NCBI GenBank assembly: GCA_951406725.2
Contig: OX597818.1
Coordinates: forward strand, 45,322,001-45,386,000
Reading direction: 5' to 3'
Origin: Octopus vulgaris
Lineage: Eukaryota
DNA: 64,000 bases
Part shown: positions 42,483 to 55,959 of the stretch, one piece after another
Numbering within the stretch: position 1 is the first letter of the stretch
Layout of the letters: each line of letters begins with the position of its first letter
The notes under the pieces: model-generated
What the model was told of the DNA's origin: nothing
The model's database searches: none
The model's input: only the letters and a program-made list of their open reading frames with translations
Translations under genes and position numbers: made by a program

Positions 42483-42699
42483 CATACATACATACACACG
42501 TCAAAACGTTATACAGAAAAATAAAAGTTGATCAAATCATAGCAAAGCTTGACAAGGAAAACCGGAAAAGCCGAGAAGTCACTCTCATATATTTGAGTGC
42601 TTCATTTAGACGGTACACATAAATGCAAGCACCGGATACATAAAATACACGCCAGCAAGCAAAATAATCAATACATACCACGTAAATAAGTGCAAAAAT

Positions 42700-45590
42700 C
42701 GAAATCTGTTGTAATGCAAGGCTATCAGCCGAAAAATTCCTTCACGGTGTTAAACAAATTTATCATTACAGATGACATTCATGTCGCTGTTATTCAAGAA
42801 ACTGAATTGCAAACCCAACATTTTGACATCCTGCCCGCTTCAATCGTATAATACATCTCGACACCTTGATAAAACAGGATAAGCCAAGCAATTGGGGTTT
42901 CATAATGTACATAACATCATGTATTCAGTGCATAAATACCGCGAAGCATTAACTGGAGCATTAACAGAACAAGCCAATATACTAGAGATACAAGGAACAA
43001 AAACTTACCGTTAATTACACGAAACAAGCTAAGATAATAAACATATACATACTAACTTGAACCTCACTAATTTCCCGATCAGGTTACACACTCCAACTAA
43101 TACAGGTGAATATACTCCCAGACACAATAATTAGACAAAAACATCAATGCAAATAACATATTTTGGTACACAAACAATACTGAGGTGAAGCAACATCAAA
43201 CAACTAAACTCAGTTTACACATTTCTAAGCAACGACCTCAGCAGATATGCATGTCTCACCAACTTAACTACAACAGTTATTACCTCAGTAGCGTAGCTGG
43301 TTGTAGCCCACCTATGACGACGCTCTATGGGTTGGTATGGCACTTTTGGGTCTGCGGTGTAAATCTGTATTGGCTTGGGAGCTTGGGGCTCCGGGCGTCA
43401 CACACTCAAGCTACTCCACTTTATCATCTTGTCCGCAGGTATAGCTTCAAGCTCTCACATGACAAGCAGTCCTCCAGTTCTCCATCACGGCCACCATCTA
43501 TCTCTCGTCATTAGAAAACACTCACACATCAGTAAACAAAATATAAATATTATCACAGATTTCAAAGTATCCCATTGAAATCACTGAAACATGGAACAGA
43601 AGGTTTGTCGAACTGAATAACACTTCAGTCACAAACATAGAGATTGTAGTAGATACATTCATAAAATAATTGATACTTCCGGAAAAAAGCTCCTCTTTGG
43701 ACAACATTAAAAAATACAACTCCATTACACTACTAAAATAACTGATATAACCTTTTAGAAAATAGACGGAATAACCTCAAACTCAACAACAAACATCACA
43801 CACTACAAAAATGCTATTTAACTTCAAGATGCTAAACAAGAAAATAACAAAGTCATAGAAAATGGAAAACTGTCAAATTATTGTATACAGTATAAATCGC
43901 AAAAGAAGCAATGAAACATTAGCCAGGGTAATTAACCGCAACAACAAAAAACATTAATAATGGCGACATCACATGAAACGTCATAATAACAACATTAGAT
44001 AACATACTCACATTTGAACAACAAACAAATGCTCTCATCATTTTTCGAAAATTAACCACCCAGGCCCACGCAAGAAAGACAGGAATGCCAAACCTTGAAC
44101 ACTTCTCATAACACTAAACATGATGGTCATGGATGGAATGCTTTTAATCATTAGTCTATTAAATTGAGCTAAACGATAGCAACTGCTACTACTAAAATTG
44201 CAAAATTTAAGAATCAGGACTCTGGGTGGGAGAAATCGCAATTTTAAAGCCCAATAAAAACCTAATTAAAACAGCATCAATCAACGTTCTATGAACAGCT
44301 CAAAAATACTAAAGGATTTTGTCTTTGATATTACTAACACGCATCACTCCTCTTTTCAAATCACAACACGGATTCAGACAACTAAACAACACTCACAGAT
44401 CTAAAACAGAGAATTAATAATGGCTTCCTCAGCAAAATCCTCCACAAACCATTCTGTTATTGACACCCTCAAAACTTTCCATTCTATTCTTTCTACCAAT
44501 TTATGCACAACACATAAATTAACAACACAAAATGTTGTTTATCAAACCATCCCCCTCGCCAACAAAGCTAAGATGTATCCTCTAAAATTTCACAAGGATC
44601 TGTCTTTCCCCCAAGTCTTTGAACCTGAACCTACACCATACTTCCTCAAGTTTTCCATAAAGCTTCATACCCAGATGAAATTACCGATGAAATTACCGTC
44701 ACTTCTTCCACCCACTCTCCTCAGTCACATGATTCCAAATCTACATCAACCACCTAGGAACCTAGATTCCATGCAAATAGAGTTAAAGTTGCTCTTTCTA
44801 GATTTACCGTCTTCCTTCTTACCGGGAGCTCTAGAGAACTTCAGTTTCAAGGAGCCACGCCCAACAATATAAAAAACAACAGTATACATACAAGACAAAA
44901 CTTATATTTGCGCAACATTACAACCTTCACAACCATATCAGAAAACAATACAAAATGCAGCACAGATCGCAATTATGTATGAAGTTCTCACTAGTAGCAC
45001 ATCTGGCCAACACAGGAGAATTGTAAATGTAATTATAAGCTTAAACTTATAATCAATCGCCGTATATTGGCTATAGAAAATAGTCAAATATTGGGGCGTT
45101 TAAGCCCCAATATTAGATTTTTTTCTGCAGACAATATACGGTGAACGCTTATAAACTACGTTTTTGTATTTGGTTTGCTTAAGCTTATAGTTACATAAGT
45201 TTCTTAGCTTACGCAGAACACGCGTTTGTTTGTTTGTTAACAACTAAGGTGTACAGTATATTTGATCTATCATAGATTATATCAGTCCCGCTGGCGACCA
45301 GAAATTTTCCCCAACAAACCGTAGCCGCATGCAAAGAGCACACACCGCATTTCTAAGCATTACAGAAAACAGGCAGACTTTCCCCACCAAACACCTACAC
45401 TATGAAACATAAATACTAAATTTTAAAACAAAAACACCCCAAGACATTCGGGAAGAGTGGTTTGTTATTGTAACACTCCCTAACATTCATGTTCTGTCAC
45501 TACTTACAGAAATTACCACAAACAACCACCTGCGCCACTCCAGGCCACTACTACAGCAGCATCTTAAAAACTTTATTTCTCTCACTTAGT
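42700..45590 (+). pseudogene. Old APE-type LINE (I/R1/Jockey group) remnant
   Basis: DIHVAVIQET (APE) at ~42774, SQHGFR (RT) at ~44360, SIIDYISPA...TFPTKHLHYET (thumb) at ~45265-45410; many disruptions. Confidence 0.65.
45028..45197. repeat. Foldback element inserted in the LINE remnant
   Basis: Centre aatattggggc gtttaa gccccaatatt; outer arms atgtaattataagcttaa and ttaagcttatagttacat. Confidence 0.8.
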
Positions 45591-45977
45591 CTAAGTGAAA
45601 ATAAAAGTCATATGCACACCAAATATTAGTTACAAACTTTGCCACAAAGCCAGCAATTTCGAGGAGGTCGCTAAGTCGATTACATCGACTCCAGTGTTCG
45701 ACCGGTACTTATTTTATCGACTCCGAAAGAATGAAAGGCAAAGTCGACCTGAGAAGAATTTGAACTCAGAACGTAAAGACGGACGAAATGCCTCTACGCA
45801 TGTTACCCGATGTGCTTAAATATGCATACAAAATGTTAGTTTCAAATTTTGGCACATAGCCAGCAATTTCGGGGAAGAGTGTAAGTAGTCGACTACATCG
45901 ACCCCAGTATATATAGAAACACAAAGAACAACAACAAGCAAGCGTATAAGTTTGGCGCCCGGGAAAAATGCAAAAGT

Positions 45978-46013
45978 CTTTTACGTTTCGAGCCTACGCT
46001 CTTCGACAGAAAG
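45978..46013 (-). ncRNA. Minimal hammerhead-like motif with CUGUCGA core
   Basis: cttt CTGTCGA a gagc gtag gctc GAAAC GTA aaag. Confidence 0.6.
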
Positions 46014-46305
46014 GAATAAGGGGAAATAAACAGAGAGAGAATGAAAAACAACGTGTTGAGTTCATTTCTTATAAAAATATCTAATGCCTTTAGCTTAGAC
46101 TTTTTAGAGGGCAACCAGATCGAACTGTCTCAAGTGTAACTGCCCGAAACAGTAAGGACTTCTGGCAACTTGACTGAGGAAAGAAGGCCAAGAATGACCC
46201 GTCCTTTTTTACCTGTCTTTCTAATTATTGTTTCTCTTGTCCGCCTTTGTATCGTCTATCTGTCTGAATGTTTTATTGTCCTCTATTGCGTTTTTGTTCC
46301 ATTGT

Positions 46306-46340
<35 letters not shown>

Positions 46341-46584
46341 TTCATTTTGTGGTTCCTCGCTATTTGTTCATGATGAAAAACTTGCATGTCTTAATAAAAG
46401 TGTAAATCTATTTTAAGTCAATCAAACTCACTACCTATATCCATATCATTGAAACTAAAATTAAAGGCAACGAAGTAGGAGAAGAATTGGAACGTCGGGA
46501 ATATACTTAGCGGTATTTGTTCCAGCTCTATACATACTCATTCAAGTGTTCGTGTCTATGATTAAGAATTCATTTACGTGCACA

Positions 46585-47012
46585 TACTCTCTTTTACTAT
46601 TTTACTTGTTTCAGTCATTTGACTGTGGAGCACCGCCTTTAGTCGAGCAAATCGACCCCAGGACTTATTCTTTAGAAGCCTAGTACTTATTCTAACGGTC
46701 TCTTTTGCTGAACCGCAAGTTACGGAGGTGTAAACACACCAGCATCAGTTGTCAAGCGATGTTGAGGGGACAAACACAGACACACAAACATATACACACA
46801 TACATATATATATATATACATACATACATATATATACATATACATATACAACGGGCTTCTTTCTGTTTCCGTCAACCATATCCACTGACAAGGCTTTGGT
46901 AGGCCCGAGGCTATAGAAGAAGACACTTGCCCAAGATGCCACGCAGTGGGATTGAACCCAGAACCATGTTGTTGGTAAGCAAGCTACTTACCACACAGCC
47001 ACTCCTATGCCT
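46585..47012 (-). mobile_element. Full-length SINE family A
   Basis: Reverse complement of the 3021-3451 type. Confidence 0.85.
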
Positions 47013-47798
47013 ATATTAATTATTAATTTCCTTAATAATTTAAATTATTAATTAACATATTAATTTCTTGCGTTATAATTTTTTTTAAATGTTAAGTTCC
47101 TTTCCGAGTCATATAGACCCCTAATTCTGGTTTCGCGGTTTTCATGGCGTACATATTCCCTACCTGGAGGGGATGCCGGTCCGCCGCAGGATTATTGACT
47201 TTAGCTAGCTGAGTGAAATTTCTCAAGAACACAAGCATCGCCCAGTCTAGGAATCAACACCACAATCAACGTTCCTAACCACCAAGCCATGTGCATCCAC
47301 TCCGTTATACTGCTTGATATAAATTTAATAGCAAGTCAATGATATCGTTGTCCCTTTATGTTTTGGCGTGAAATGAAACTGTCATGTTTGACAAAATTTC
47401 TGAGCGAGATTTTGCTCTCCCTAAATTCTCTCCTTTTCTTCGACCTTTTAAATTTGATGATCAGATCTATGTCAAATCGTAAGGTAACTGATTTAATATC
47501 ACAGTACGAGAAGGGAATCGATTTCAAAGAAAAATTAAAAGACGGTAGAGACAACGTTTTAATGAAATATTGGAAATAATAAAATAACGATTTTTTCCTT
47601 GCGGGAAGATCGCTCATAATCCTACTTTTTTTATATTTCCTGTTGGTATAGCTTTAATTGGATCAATGATATATCTTATTCCATACCGATTACTAACAAC
47701 TTTCGATTTAGCGTAACTGAAGTCCTGTAAGTGACTCCTTCACAACACAATGTCTGTAGGCAGAATACGAACATTGAAACAGTTTAAGATAAATTTTC

Positions 47799-48224
47799 GG
47801 ATCTTTTCGGTTTGAACGGCAATTTTTTCTAGCGTTGTCATATGAAATTTTCACCCATAATTATAACCCTAGTATCGATCTATTGCATTTCAATCTGTTT
47901 TAGGGTTAGGGTTAGGGTTAGGGGTGGGGGGAGAGTATCTTTTTTTCTTCACAAATGTAAATAAACCCAATCTGTTTCTTAAACGAGGAACATATTCATA
48001 CGGCACAGAATGTTTTTTTTTACCTCAATAGACGTATTTGCTTGGTTGAAATTGCAGAAATTGGAGAAAAAAAACAACAAATATCTTACAAACTATAGAA
48101 TTTTCTCAATAAAGCCAAGAGAAAAAGATGTTTTATAAACACATTCTACCAGCATACGAAGTTTAAAAGTGTTTAGTTACATGGAAATTATTTTTAAAAA
48201 CTGCCGGTCAAACCGAAAAGATCC
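47799..48224. mobile_element. Second copy of the Merlin-like TTAGGG MITE, flanked by a 69-bp direct duplication
   Basis: Same TIRs and interior as 23746-24191; flanks 47730-47798 and 48225-48293. Confidence 0.88.
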
Positions 48225-48757
48225 AGTGACTCCTTCACAACACAATATCTGTTGGCAGAATACGAACATTGAAACAGTATGAGATAAATTTTCTAACGTA
48301 ACGCACGCCTTATTTTTTACCCATTCGTCCAAGTATTCCGAGAATATTTTTGCACAATTTTAGTCCGTCTCTTTCCTTTTCTTTTGCCTCTCTTTCACCT
48401 TCCTTTTTACTATCTCTTCCTCTCTGTCTTTTTCTCTTTCCCTCCGTGCCTCTCGCTCTCTCTTTCTCTCTTTCCTTCCCTATCGTTCTCTAGTTCCTAT
48501 GACTCTTCCTCCCTCTTCCCACAACCACGTAACCGGTCACGTTCTAAGGTGACGTCATTTTATTTCGCATCACATTCGACCTGATCGGCCATACTTCTTT
48601 GAGCCCCGCTCTACTTTTCTCTTGTATTTGCTTTAATCCCGTAGGGCAGTGTTCCTTCTTGTTTGCGTTACTCCACACTTGTTTTTCTGCTAGCCCGCGG
48701 CTTTCTTTGTTGTGTATGTATGTATGTATGTATGTATGTATGTATTATTATTATTAA

Positions 48758-48805
<48 letters not shown>

Positions 48806-48829
48806 CATTATTATTATTATTATTATTAC

Positions 48830-48878
<49 letters not shown>

Positions 48879-49424
48879 GAGTGAGAGAGCAGTGCATGCC
48901 AACAAAGTGACACTGGGGTAAAATATACGAAGCCCAGTATACCCATCATGACTACCCGTCTGATAAGGGTACATCGGGCACATGCATCACAACCAAATGT
49001 GCACGACATGGTGATCTCATATCAAGATAAACAGCGCATGACCTTGCAGGTGGGGCCCAGTTAGAATTTTCGAGTAGCCCATCCCGCTCAAAAGGTCCTT
49101 GAATAAGGATTCTTTAAGGATGTTGATCGAACCACACATGTTTCCAAAGGTGAATTATCTAAACCTCCAATATTTCCTTTCAACACACGGCTATGATGCT
49201 CCCCCACTACTTCTGCTCGTGGTCAGAGATGCACATATCGTCAGCCACTAAGGGACATGGACAGCTGGTTAAGGTCAAATAACTGATAAGCAAATCTGTG
49301 GTATTGAGCAGAATATTTGCTGTATCCCATCTTTTATACCAAGACAAAACAATGTACATGATAATACTTCCAATCAGTTAAGATCAGAAGCCATGAGAAC
49401 CACTGTCTGGTACTGCATCAGGGC

Positions 49425-49427
<3 letters not shown>
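48879..49427 (-). mobile_element. ~550-bp non-coding repeat inserted in (TAA)n; partial copy at 54605-54705 (+)
   Basis: (TTA)n on both sides; terminal ~100 bp match 54605-54705 in reverse. Confidence 0.65.
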
Positions 49428-49482
<55 letters not shown>

Positions 49483-49820
49483 TCGTGTATGTATTATTAT
49501 TATTTCGTATATGTTGTCTTCGCCCAGCTCTAAGGCCATATTCTGTTTGCTTATTTCGTTTTTTTCCTCCTTCCTCCTTGTTGTCCATCTTGTTTTATTA
49601 TGTTTTGGTCGTTTCCCCAGCAGGTTCTCTCACTGGTTGCCTCTGAGGTGGGTGCAATGTTATCGATAATGGCATGAAATTGCGCTTGACGCCTCGGCCA
49701 ACAACTGATGAGGAATTTCTTATCCGTGCGTGTTCTCCGTTCACCTGTGCATCTATGTATTCAGTGCATTTAGTATGTCTTTCTGTGCGTTTGTTTATTA
49801 CTATACCTGTTTGACTTCAG

Positions 49821-49858
<38 letters not shown>

Positions 49859-51164
49859 TTGTGATATTATAAGACAGCTCGAACAATTTCAGAAAACTGC
49901 TTCTATTGTTCATTATACTGTCCTTTTCATTGCTGTTATAGCTTTAGCTTAGATTATTTCATTGTATAAGGATGTGTGAAGGCATTATACTACTAATCTC
50001 CGAATATATAATTCGTCCATTGCTTTACAGCTTTTTATTGCTAGTTTTGTTAGCTTCCCAGCAAGTACAGTCCGTGAGCTAGTTTTGATTTCCGGTTGAA
50101 GCTACATTGCTTTATTTATTTATTGTCGGTTACTCTTTTGAGAACTACAAAACGTCTCAGACTACCATTTCTTCCATAAAGTGTCTTATTTCTTCACCGT
50201 AAAACTTCATTTCACACATTTATATCGCTACAAATGCATATATTTAAACCACCACGGAGAGCTTGTCAGATACTTTCATCAAATTAAGCAAACCAAGGTA
50301 AAAGTTATTTAAGAATTCTAGAATGTCTTTTCATTGATTGGATATTAAATATGGACAAGAAACGTAAATGACTTGAATACAATTATTAACAAACATCAAA
50401 CCGTTTCATTGTAATTTTAGATCTTTCACACCGCCTGCAGCAGCAGCAGATTTCTTAAGAAGAAATAGTTCTATTTAAGCCACAAAATGTCATAAGATGG
50501 ATGCAAGCTCTTGGTGGTCCTATTTATATGAGCCTGTTTTTGATTTATAACAATAGTAAATTTTGTTTCAAAATAGCATCATAAATATTCTTATGGACTG
50601 CATAAATGTCACAATTTTCAATTTCCTCTTCAGGCCGGAAAATTCGATCGTGACCGACTGCTCAAAGTGATTTACGTATGCTCAACTAGTTTGATGTATA
50701 ATCTTCAGATAGACAAAGAAAAAAAGTTCCCAATGTTGTTCTAGTGACCCCCTTCCAATAGATTGCAGAATATTTCCATCACTATGCTTTTTTTAATTCG
50801 TTGAGAATTCACAAAATTCTAACACCAAATATATTAAGACAAAACTCTGATATGCTTTCATACGAAAACAAATTCTTAACAAGTTGGCTTGAATATATTT
50901 ATAAAATAATATAGAATCTGTACTTTATTTCATAATAATCTAAAACACTTCAATATACCTTTCGAACCTTAACAATCCCTGGCGTTTGTCTTTCAAATGG
51001 AATTCAGTAACTAATTTTAATTTAAATTTAAGTTATATTTATAAAAAGACATCTTAGCGATATCCAAAACTATGTGATCTCATTTCAATTAATAATTACT
51101 TTTCATATCATATCTCTACAGAATAAAAGGCAATTTCATTTGCTATAATATGTTTGTTTTTACT

Positions 51165-51515
51165 ATTCGAGGGTGCGTGACTGTGGCATTGGACTGGTTG
51201 ATCACCCTCCCTATTCTCCTCCATTTGGTCCATATGAGTATTATCTGTTCCCCAACATGAAAAGAAAAGAAACTTAGCTGAGAAGCAGCATCGCAGTGAT
51301 GATGTCGTCATATCTGCCGTTGATGATTTTCTTTTTTTTTATTATTATTATTCTTAACCAACAGGATGAAAGTTTTTTCACCAATGAGATTCAAGCACTG
51401 CAACACCGGTGGAAGAAGTGTGTGAACCGCAATGGGACTATGTGAAAAAATAAACCTCATTTGGTTACATTCCATATGAGTATCTTGGTCAGCCTATGAA
51501 CTCTGTAGCCGACCC
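51165..51515 (+). mobile_element. mariner transposase C-terminal remnant with right end
   Basis: HPPYSP..., YYLFP, RSDDVVISAVDDF, FFTNEIQALQHRWKKCVNRNG. Confidence 0.78.
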
Positions 51516-52921
51516 CCCCCCCCCGCACTTAGACACAAGGCTTGAAAATTTCGGGGAGGAGCTATTCGATTACAACTCAATGCTCAGCTAGTACTTATTT
51601 TACAGATCTCGAAAGGAGGAAAAGCTAACTCGACCTCGGCGTAAAGCCAAGTCGACCCGTGACGTAAAACCGGAAGAAACTCCACGAAGCATTTTGCCCA
51701 GCGTCACCGCCTTAGCTATTGATATAACGATATCAATGCAAGTTATAATGCACAATGTTCTCGTTCGATTGCAATAGATGTCATCTGAACGCGTGTAACA
51801 TTTCAATATTCAAGAACTGTTAACTGAGAAACTAACCTCAGCTTCAAATGCGACACGAAATCGCCCAAGAACCGGTTTTTCTTTAATCGTAATTTATAAA
51901 GAAAAATTATGTATGATCGGATATCGATTTACTGCTCGCTATAAGCTTCATCAAATTCGGAAGCCTATTAATGAACTCTCGTTCCAAATTAATCAATTAA
52001 GAAAATGGTAATGATCATTTCAAGTTTATTTTTCAGTATTTCTTCCTTAGTCCTTTCTCTCTATCTCTATCTCTATCTTTCTCTCTCTTTCTTTCTTTCT
52101 CTCTCTCTCTCTCTCTATCTTTCTCTCTTTCTCTCTCTTTCTCTCTCTCTATCTCTTTCTCTCTCTCTCGCTCTCTCTCTCTCTCTCAACCGCTTTCTCA
52201 ACCTCTTTCTCTCATACATGCAAACATACGCACGCATACATGCAAATACAAATACACAAACACCAACACAAATACCGACACATTCACATATACACACGCG
52301 CACACACACTCACACACACAAACTCACTCACTCATATACACACACACACACACAATGCAAAAATTGCTAGCGTCTTAAGAGAGATGACATTTGTCTACTT
52401 GCAGAGTCGGCAGACATATATTCTTGATTACTTCAAATTCTAAACAATTGGCACAGGGCTATATGGACTCTGGCTCCACAGTTCTCTTCCGTGAGAAATT
52501 TGAGACACAGTCCAATATAAATACCCCAGATCTCAATTTTGGTTCTTTTAGCGGAGTTGACTCTACTGCATGTTATCAGAGTAGACCTCCGAGTTTGATG
52601 GGAGACAACAATCTCATGACATGCTGTTTCCGACTACACCGTTTCTTACATAGTGTAACTAGTTATCAAACTGCCCTGGAGACTTGCTATCAGATACTAC
52701 AAAGTATAAAAAAAACTAATTAAAATTTGAAAACTGTCTTTGAAAGCGACCCTATCAGATGGTGTATTATCCTATATATTTTTCTCAAATCCTTAACAGA
52801 TGTTCAAACTCAGTGTTTCGATCTTATAGGTCTACTTCTTATAATGATTGGAGATAAGGGTAGGATATAAGACTAGATATAAATAAGTTATATTGAAATG
52901 ATTGATATAGTATATATACCT

Positions 52922-53108
52922 AAGACGGCAAACTGGCCAAATCGTTAACACGCCGGGCAAAATGGTTAGCACCAATTCGCCCGTCTTTACGTTCTGAGTT
53001 CAAATTCCGCCTGGGTTGATAGATAAGTACCAGTTGAACACTGGGGTCGATGCAATCGACTAATCTCCCTCCGCTGAATTTACTGGCCTTGTGCCAAAAT
53101 TTGAAAGC
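52922..53108 (+). mobile_element. SINE family B (older tail type), internally deleted
   Basis: Head plus gagttcaaattccgcc plus cactggggtcgatg. Confidence 0.7.
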
Positions 53109-55959
53109 CCAACCGAGCTCAGCCACATGTTTCTGCTCTGAATTCCTTACTTTCGAGAACCTATTTGATGGCACTTTCAGTTGTGATATTCACAAGGATC
53201 AGTGTAGTAGTTGATGGTTAGTCAAGGGTCACATGTTACTTCTTCTCTCCTCAATCAACTTAACACTAAAACAAATATTAATAATGACAGAAAACAAATT
53301 AAACGAAATGATTTTAAAGATATTTTCAGTCTCAAATACAAAATTACTTGATCATTTGGTCCAAAATTCAATTCAAAAGAACGTTATGAATAACATCAGA
53401 CATCCGCAGAAGAACTACAAATGCCCCTTCAGGCCATGATCAACTTAGTAATAGTGAATCTTATGATGCTATAATTGAAATGGAGAGTATTATGATTCAT
53501 TAGAATAATAGTAACATTTTATCTGGTGACTGCGTGCAAGCTGTTAATCTGAAAATATATGAATTTATGAAATGTTATATTTAAATTTATAAGATATGTC
53601 ATGTTCAGTTAGCAAGCTCTAATTTGTTTCGGTTTTAGTTATTAGATATTTCATTTTCTTCAAATTCAAACCGGAAAATAGGGATAAGTCAACGGAATTG
53701 ATAGCCACCAGCCCTAACTAGTAGTTAGCTATGAGTTGTTGATCTCATTTCGGTATCTCTCACTCCTGTAAAAGTTTAGTAAAGAGGGGTGATGTTTCTT
53801 CACTTGGTAGTAGTTCGGTAAACGAAAACTCAAAATAACAAAAAATTATTGAATTTTTACGAAGGAATAAAATTTTATACAAAAATGAGGTATGGCTAAC
53901 ATTCGTTTAAAAACTGAAACCAGTAAACCGACTTGAGAAGCGGGACATATTTCAATAAAGAAATAGTTTTTAAAATGCATAAAAAGGTCTTATATTTAAT
54001 GGTAATCAGGGGAGAGTTCTTATGACAAATGAGATTTTATCACATTTATTAGAGGCATAAATGAGGTGAAATTACTTCAACCAGGGATTGCTTCGGCTAC
54101 AAAAGCAAGACAAAGCTTTTGTCACTTAATCTTATAGGCAGCCATTCCTTCCCTCCATTGCAATGGCGAGGTCGATCTTCCAAAATGCTACAGTATCCGA
54201 CTCCTTGATTTTACTTAGACCAAGAGTCTTTCTTAGAACAAATATGTTTAGGCCATTGCTGTGTAAGCTACCACAAAGGTTGGATTCCGTACTTGTAAAT
54301 TTCTTACGCCTAAGAGTATCTTGTTTCCTTACGAGGCTATTATTCGACTTTGCATTGAACATTGCTGCCATCTTTGGGCTCGTGCCTCGTCTGAGTGTCT
54401 TAATTTGCTCGATGGAATTGAATTGTTAACATGGTGGGTCCTTTGTATTTTCTTCTAAGTTGGAGTTTTGGGCTTATCGTCGAAATGTATCTTCATTATG
54501 TCTTTTCTATAACCATTTCCATGGCCATTTTCCTGATAAATTTTCTGGTCTAGTTAGCTTTTAAATGTGTCACCTGCTTCTCTTCCCAGACGCCTCGTTT
54601 CCCTGTGTACCCTTATCAAATTGGTAATCATGAGGGGTATACTCGGCTTCGAATATTTTATCCCCGTGTCACTGTGATGGTATGCACTGCTCTGTCTCTC
54701 AGTAATAATGATGATGATGAGGATGATGAGGATGATAACAAGAAGAAGAAGAAGAAGAAGAAGAAGAAGAAGAAGAAGAAGAAGAAGAAGAAGAAGAAGA
54801 AGAATTCTTTTTATTATAGGTACAGGGCCTAAAATTCTGGGGACCCCAATTTTCAGCTGCTATTTATTTCATCAACATTGAAGGAATGGAAAGCAGAGTC
54901 GACTTCGGTGGAATTTTGAACTCAGAGCGTAAAGACGTATGAAATGCCGCTAAGCACTTTGCCGAGTGTGCTAACGATTCTACCATCATGGATTCTACCT
55001 GTTCAAAACTCAATTTTCTATTAAAAAAAAAAGCAAAAAAATGACCATTTCTGTTTTCAGCCCAATGTTACACATTTATGTATAAAGAATAATATTGTGT
55101 GCCAACCTCGCCATTCTGAAGAACATTGTAATGTAAGTGAAGATTTGCAGATTTCCATTATTCAATGCTCATCTTGCATCACGGTCAGTTTTCCACTTGA
55201 AAGCATCCAATTATTTCAGCTTAGCTTCTTCATATTTTGACCACCTTTAAATTGGTCAGAGACTTAAGATATCAATGGATTTCTTATTTCTTTTATCCAT
55301 CTAATCAGTGCCAGTTTTGGAATTTAGAAACTGCATATTTCAGAGGAAGCTCTACAGATCAGAATGGTTCGTCCGTTATGAATTTTATTGAAACTCAGAA
55401 GAATTAACCAAACGAAATTTCAAATACATTCGAATATCGCAAATTCTGTAAATGTGATGGTGCAGAAATAAATAACGATGTCGACATAATGCGATAGCCA
55501 CAATCCAATATTATTAAATATATATTGTACAGAGGGGATTAAGTGGGGAAGCGGAAGTTCAGCTGTTCCTTTTGCAACAACAGTGTAAACCCTCACTTTT
55601 CTGTGAGAACAAAAATGTTCGTGATGAACTGATATTGTGTAGCGGCACAAGCAACCAGTGCCATATTGGATGAGATCTCGCGGCAGCCATTGCCATCTCC
55701 GAGACTGGAGCGAGACCCCACCTGCATCCATTTGCCATGCGCGAGATCACAACGAGGCTTGCGATAGAAACTATATAAACGGAAAACCGATTCAGACCTG
55801 TCTCTTCTTCGGCGCCATTACACAGCAATGATACAAATTATAACGCCCAGAGTAGTGGAGATGTAATCCGTGATAATAATTCTATGAATTTTAACTGTAC
55901 TCTGAATGATGACTCTATAATTATTAATAATATGATAAGAAAAACTAATTATAATAAGG

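Noticed and set aside
47336-47617. Overlapping non-repetitive ORFs of 93 and 73 aa
   Set aside because: No recognisable motif or splice context; compatible with chance.
49360-49427. Faint 5S rRNA resemblance (ctgatcttaactgattggaag) suggesting a SINE3
   Set aside because: Too few matches and no C box.
49635-49730. Hammerhead around ctgagg...gaaa or ctgatga
   Set aside because: Core halves cannot be joined with consistent stems.
52391-52723. 110-aa ORF
   Set aside because: Non-ATG start and no recognisable homology.
54132-54429. Overlapping ORFs, possibly a LINE endonuclease N-terminus
   Set aside because: No diagnostic motif could be read with confidence.
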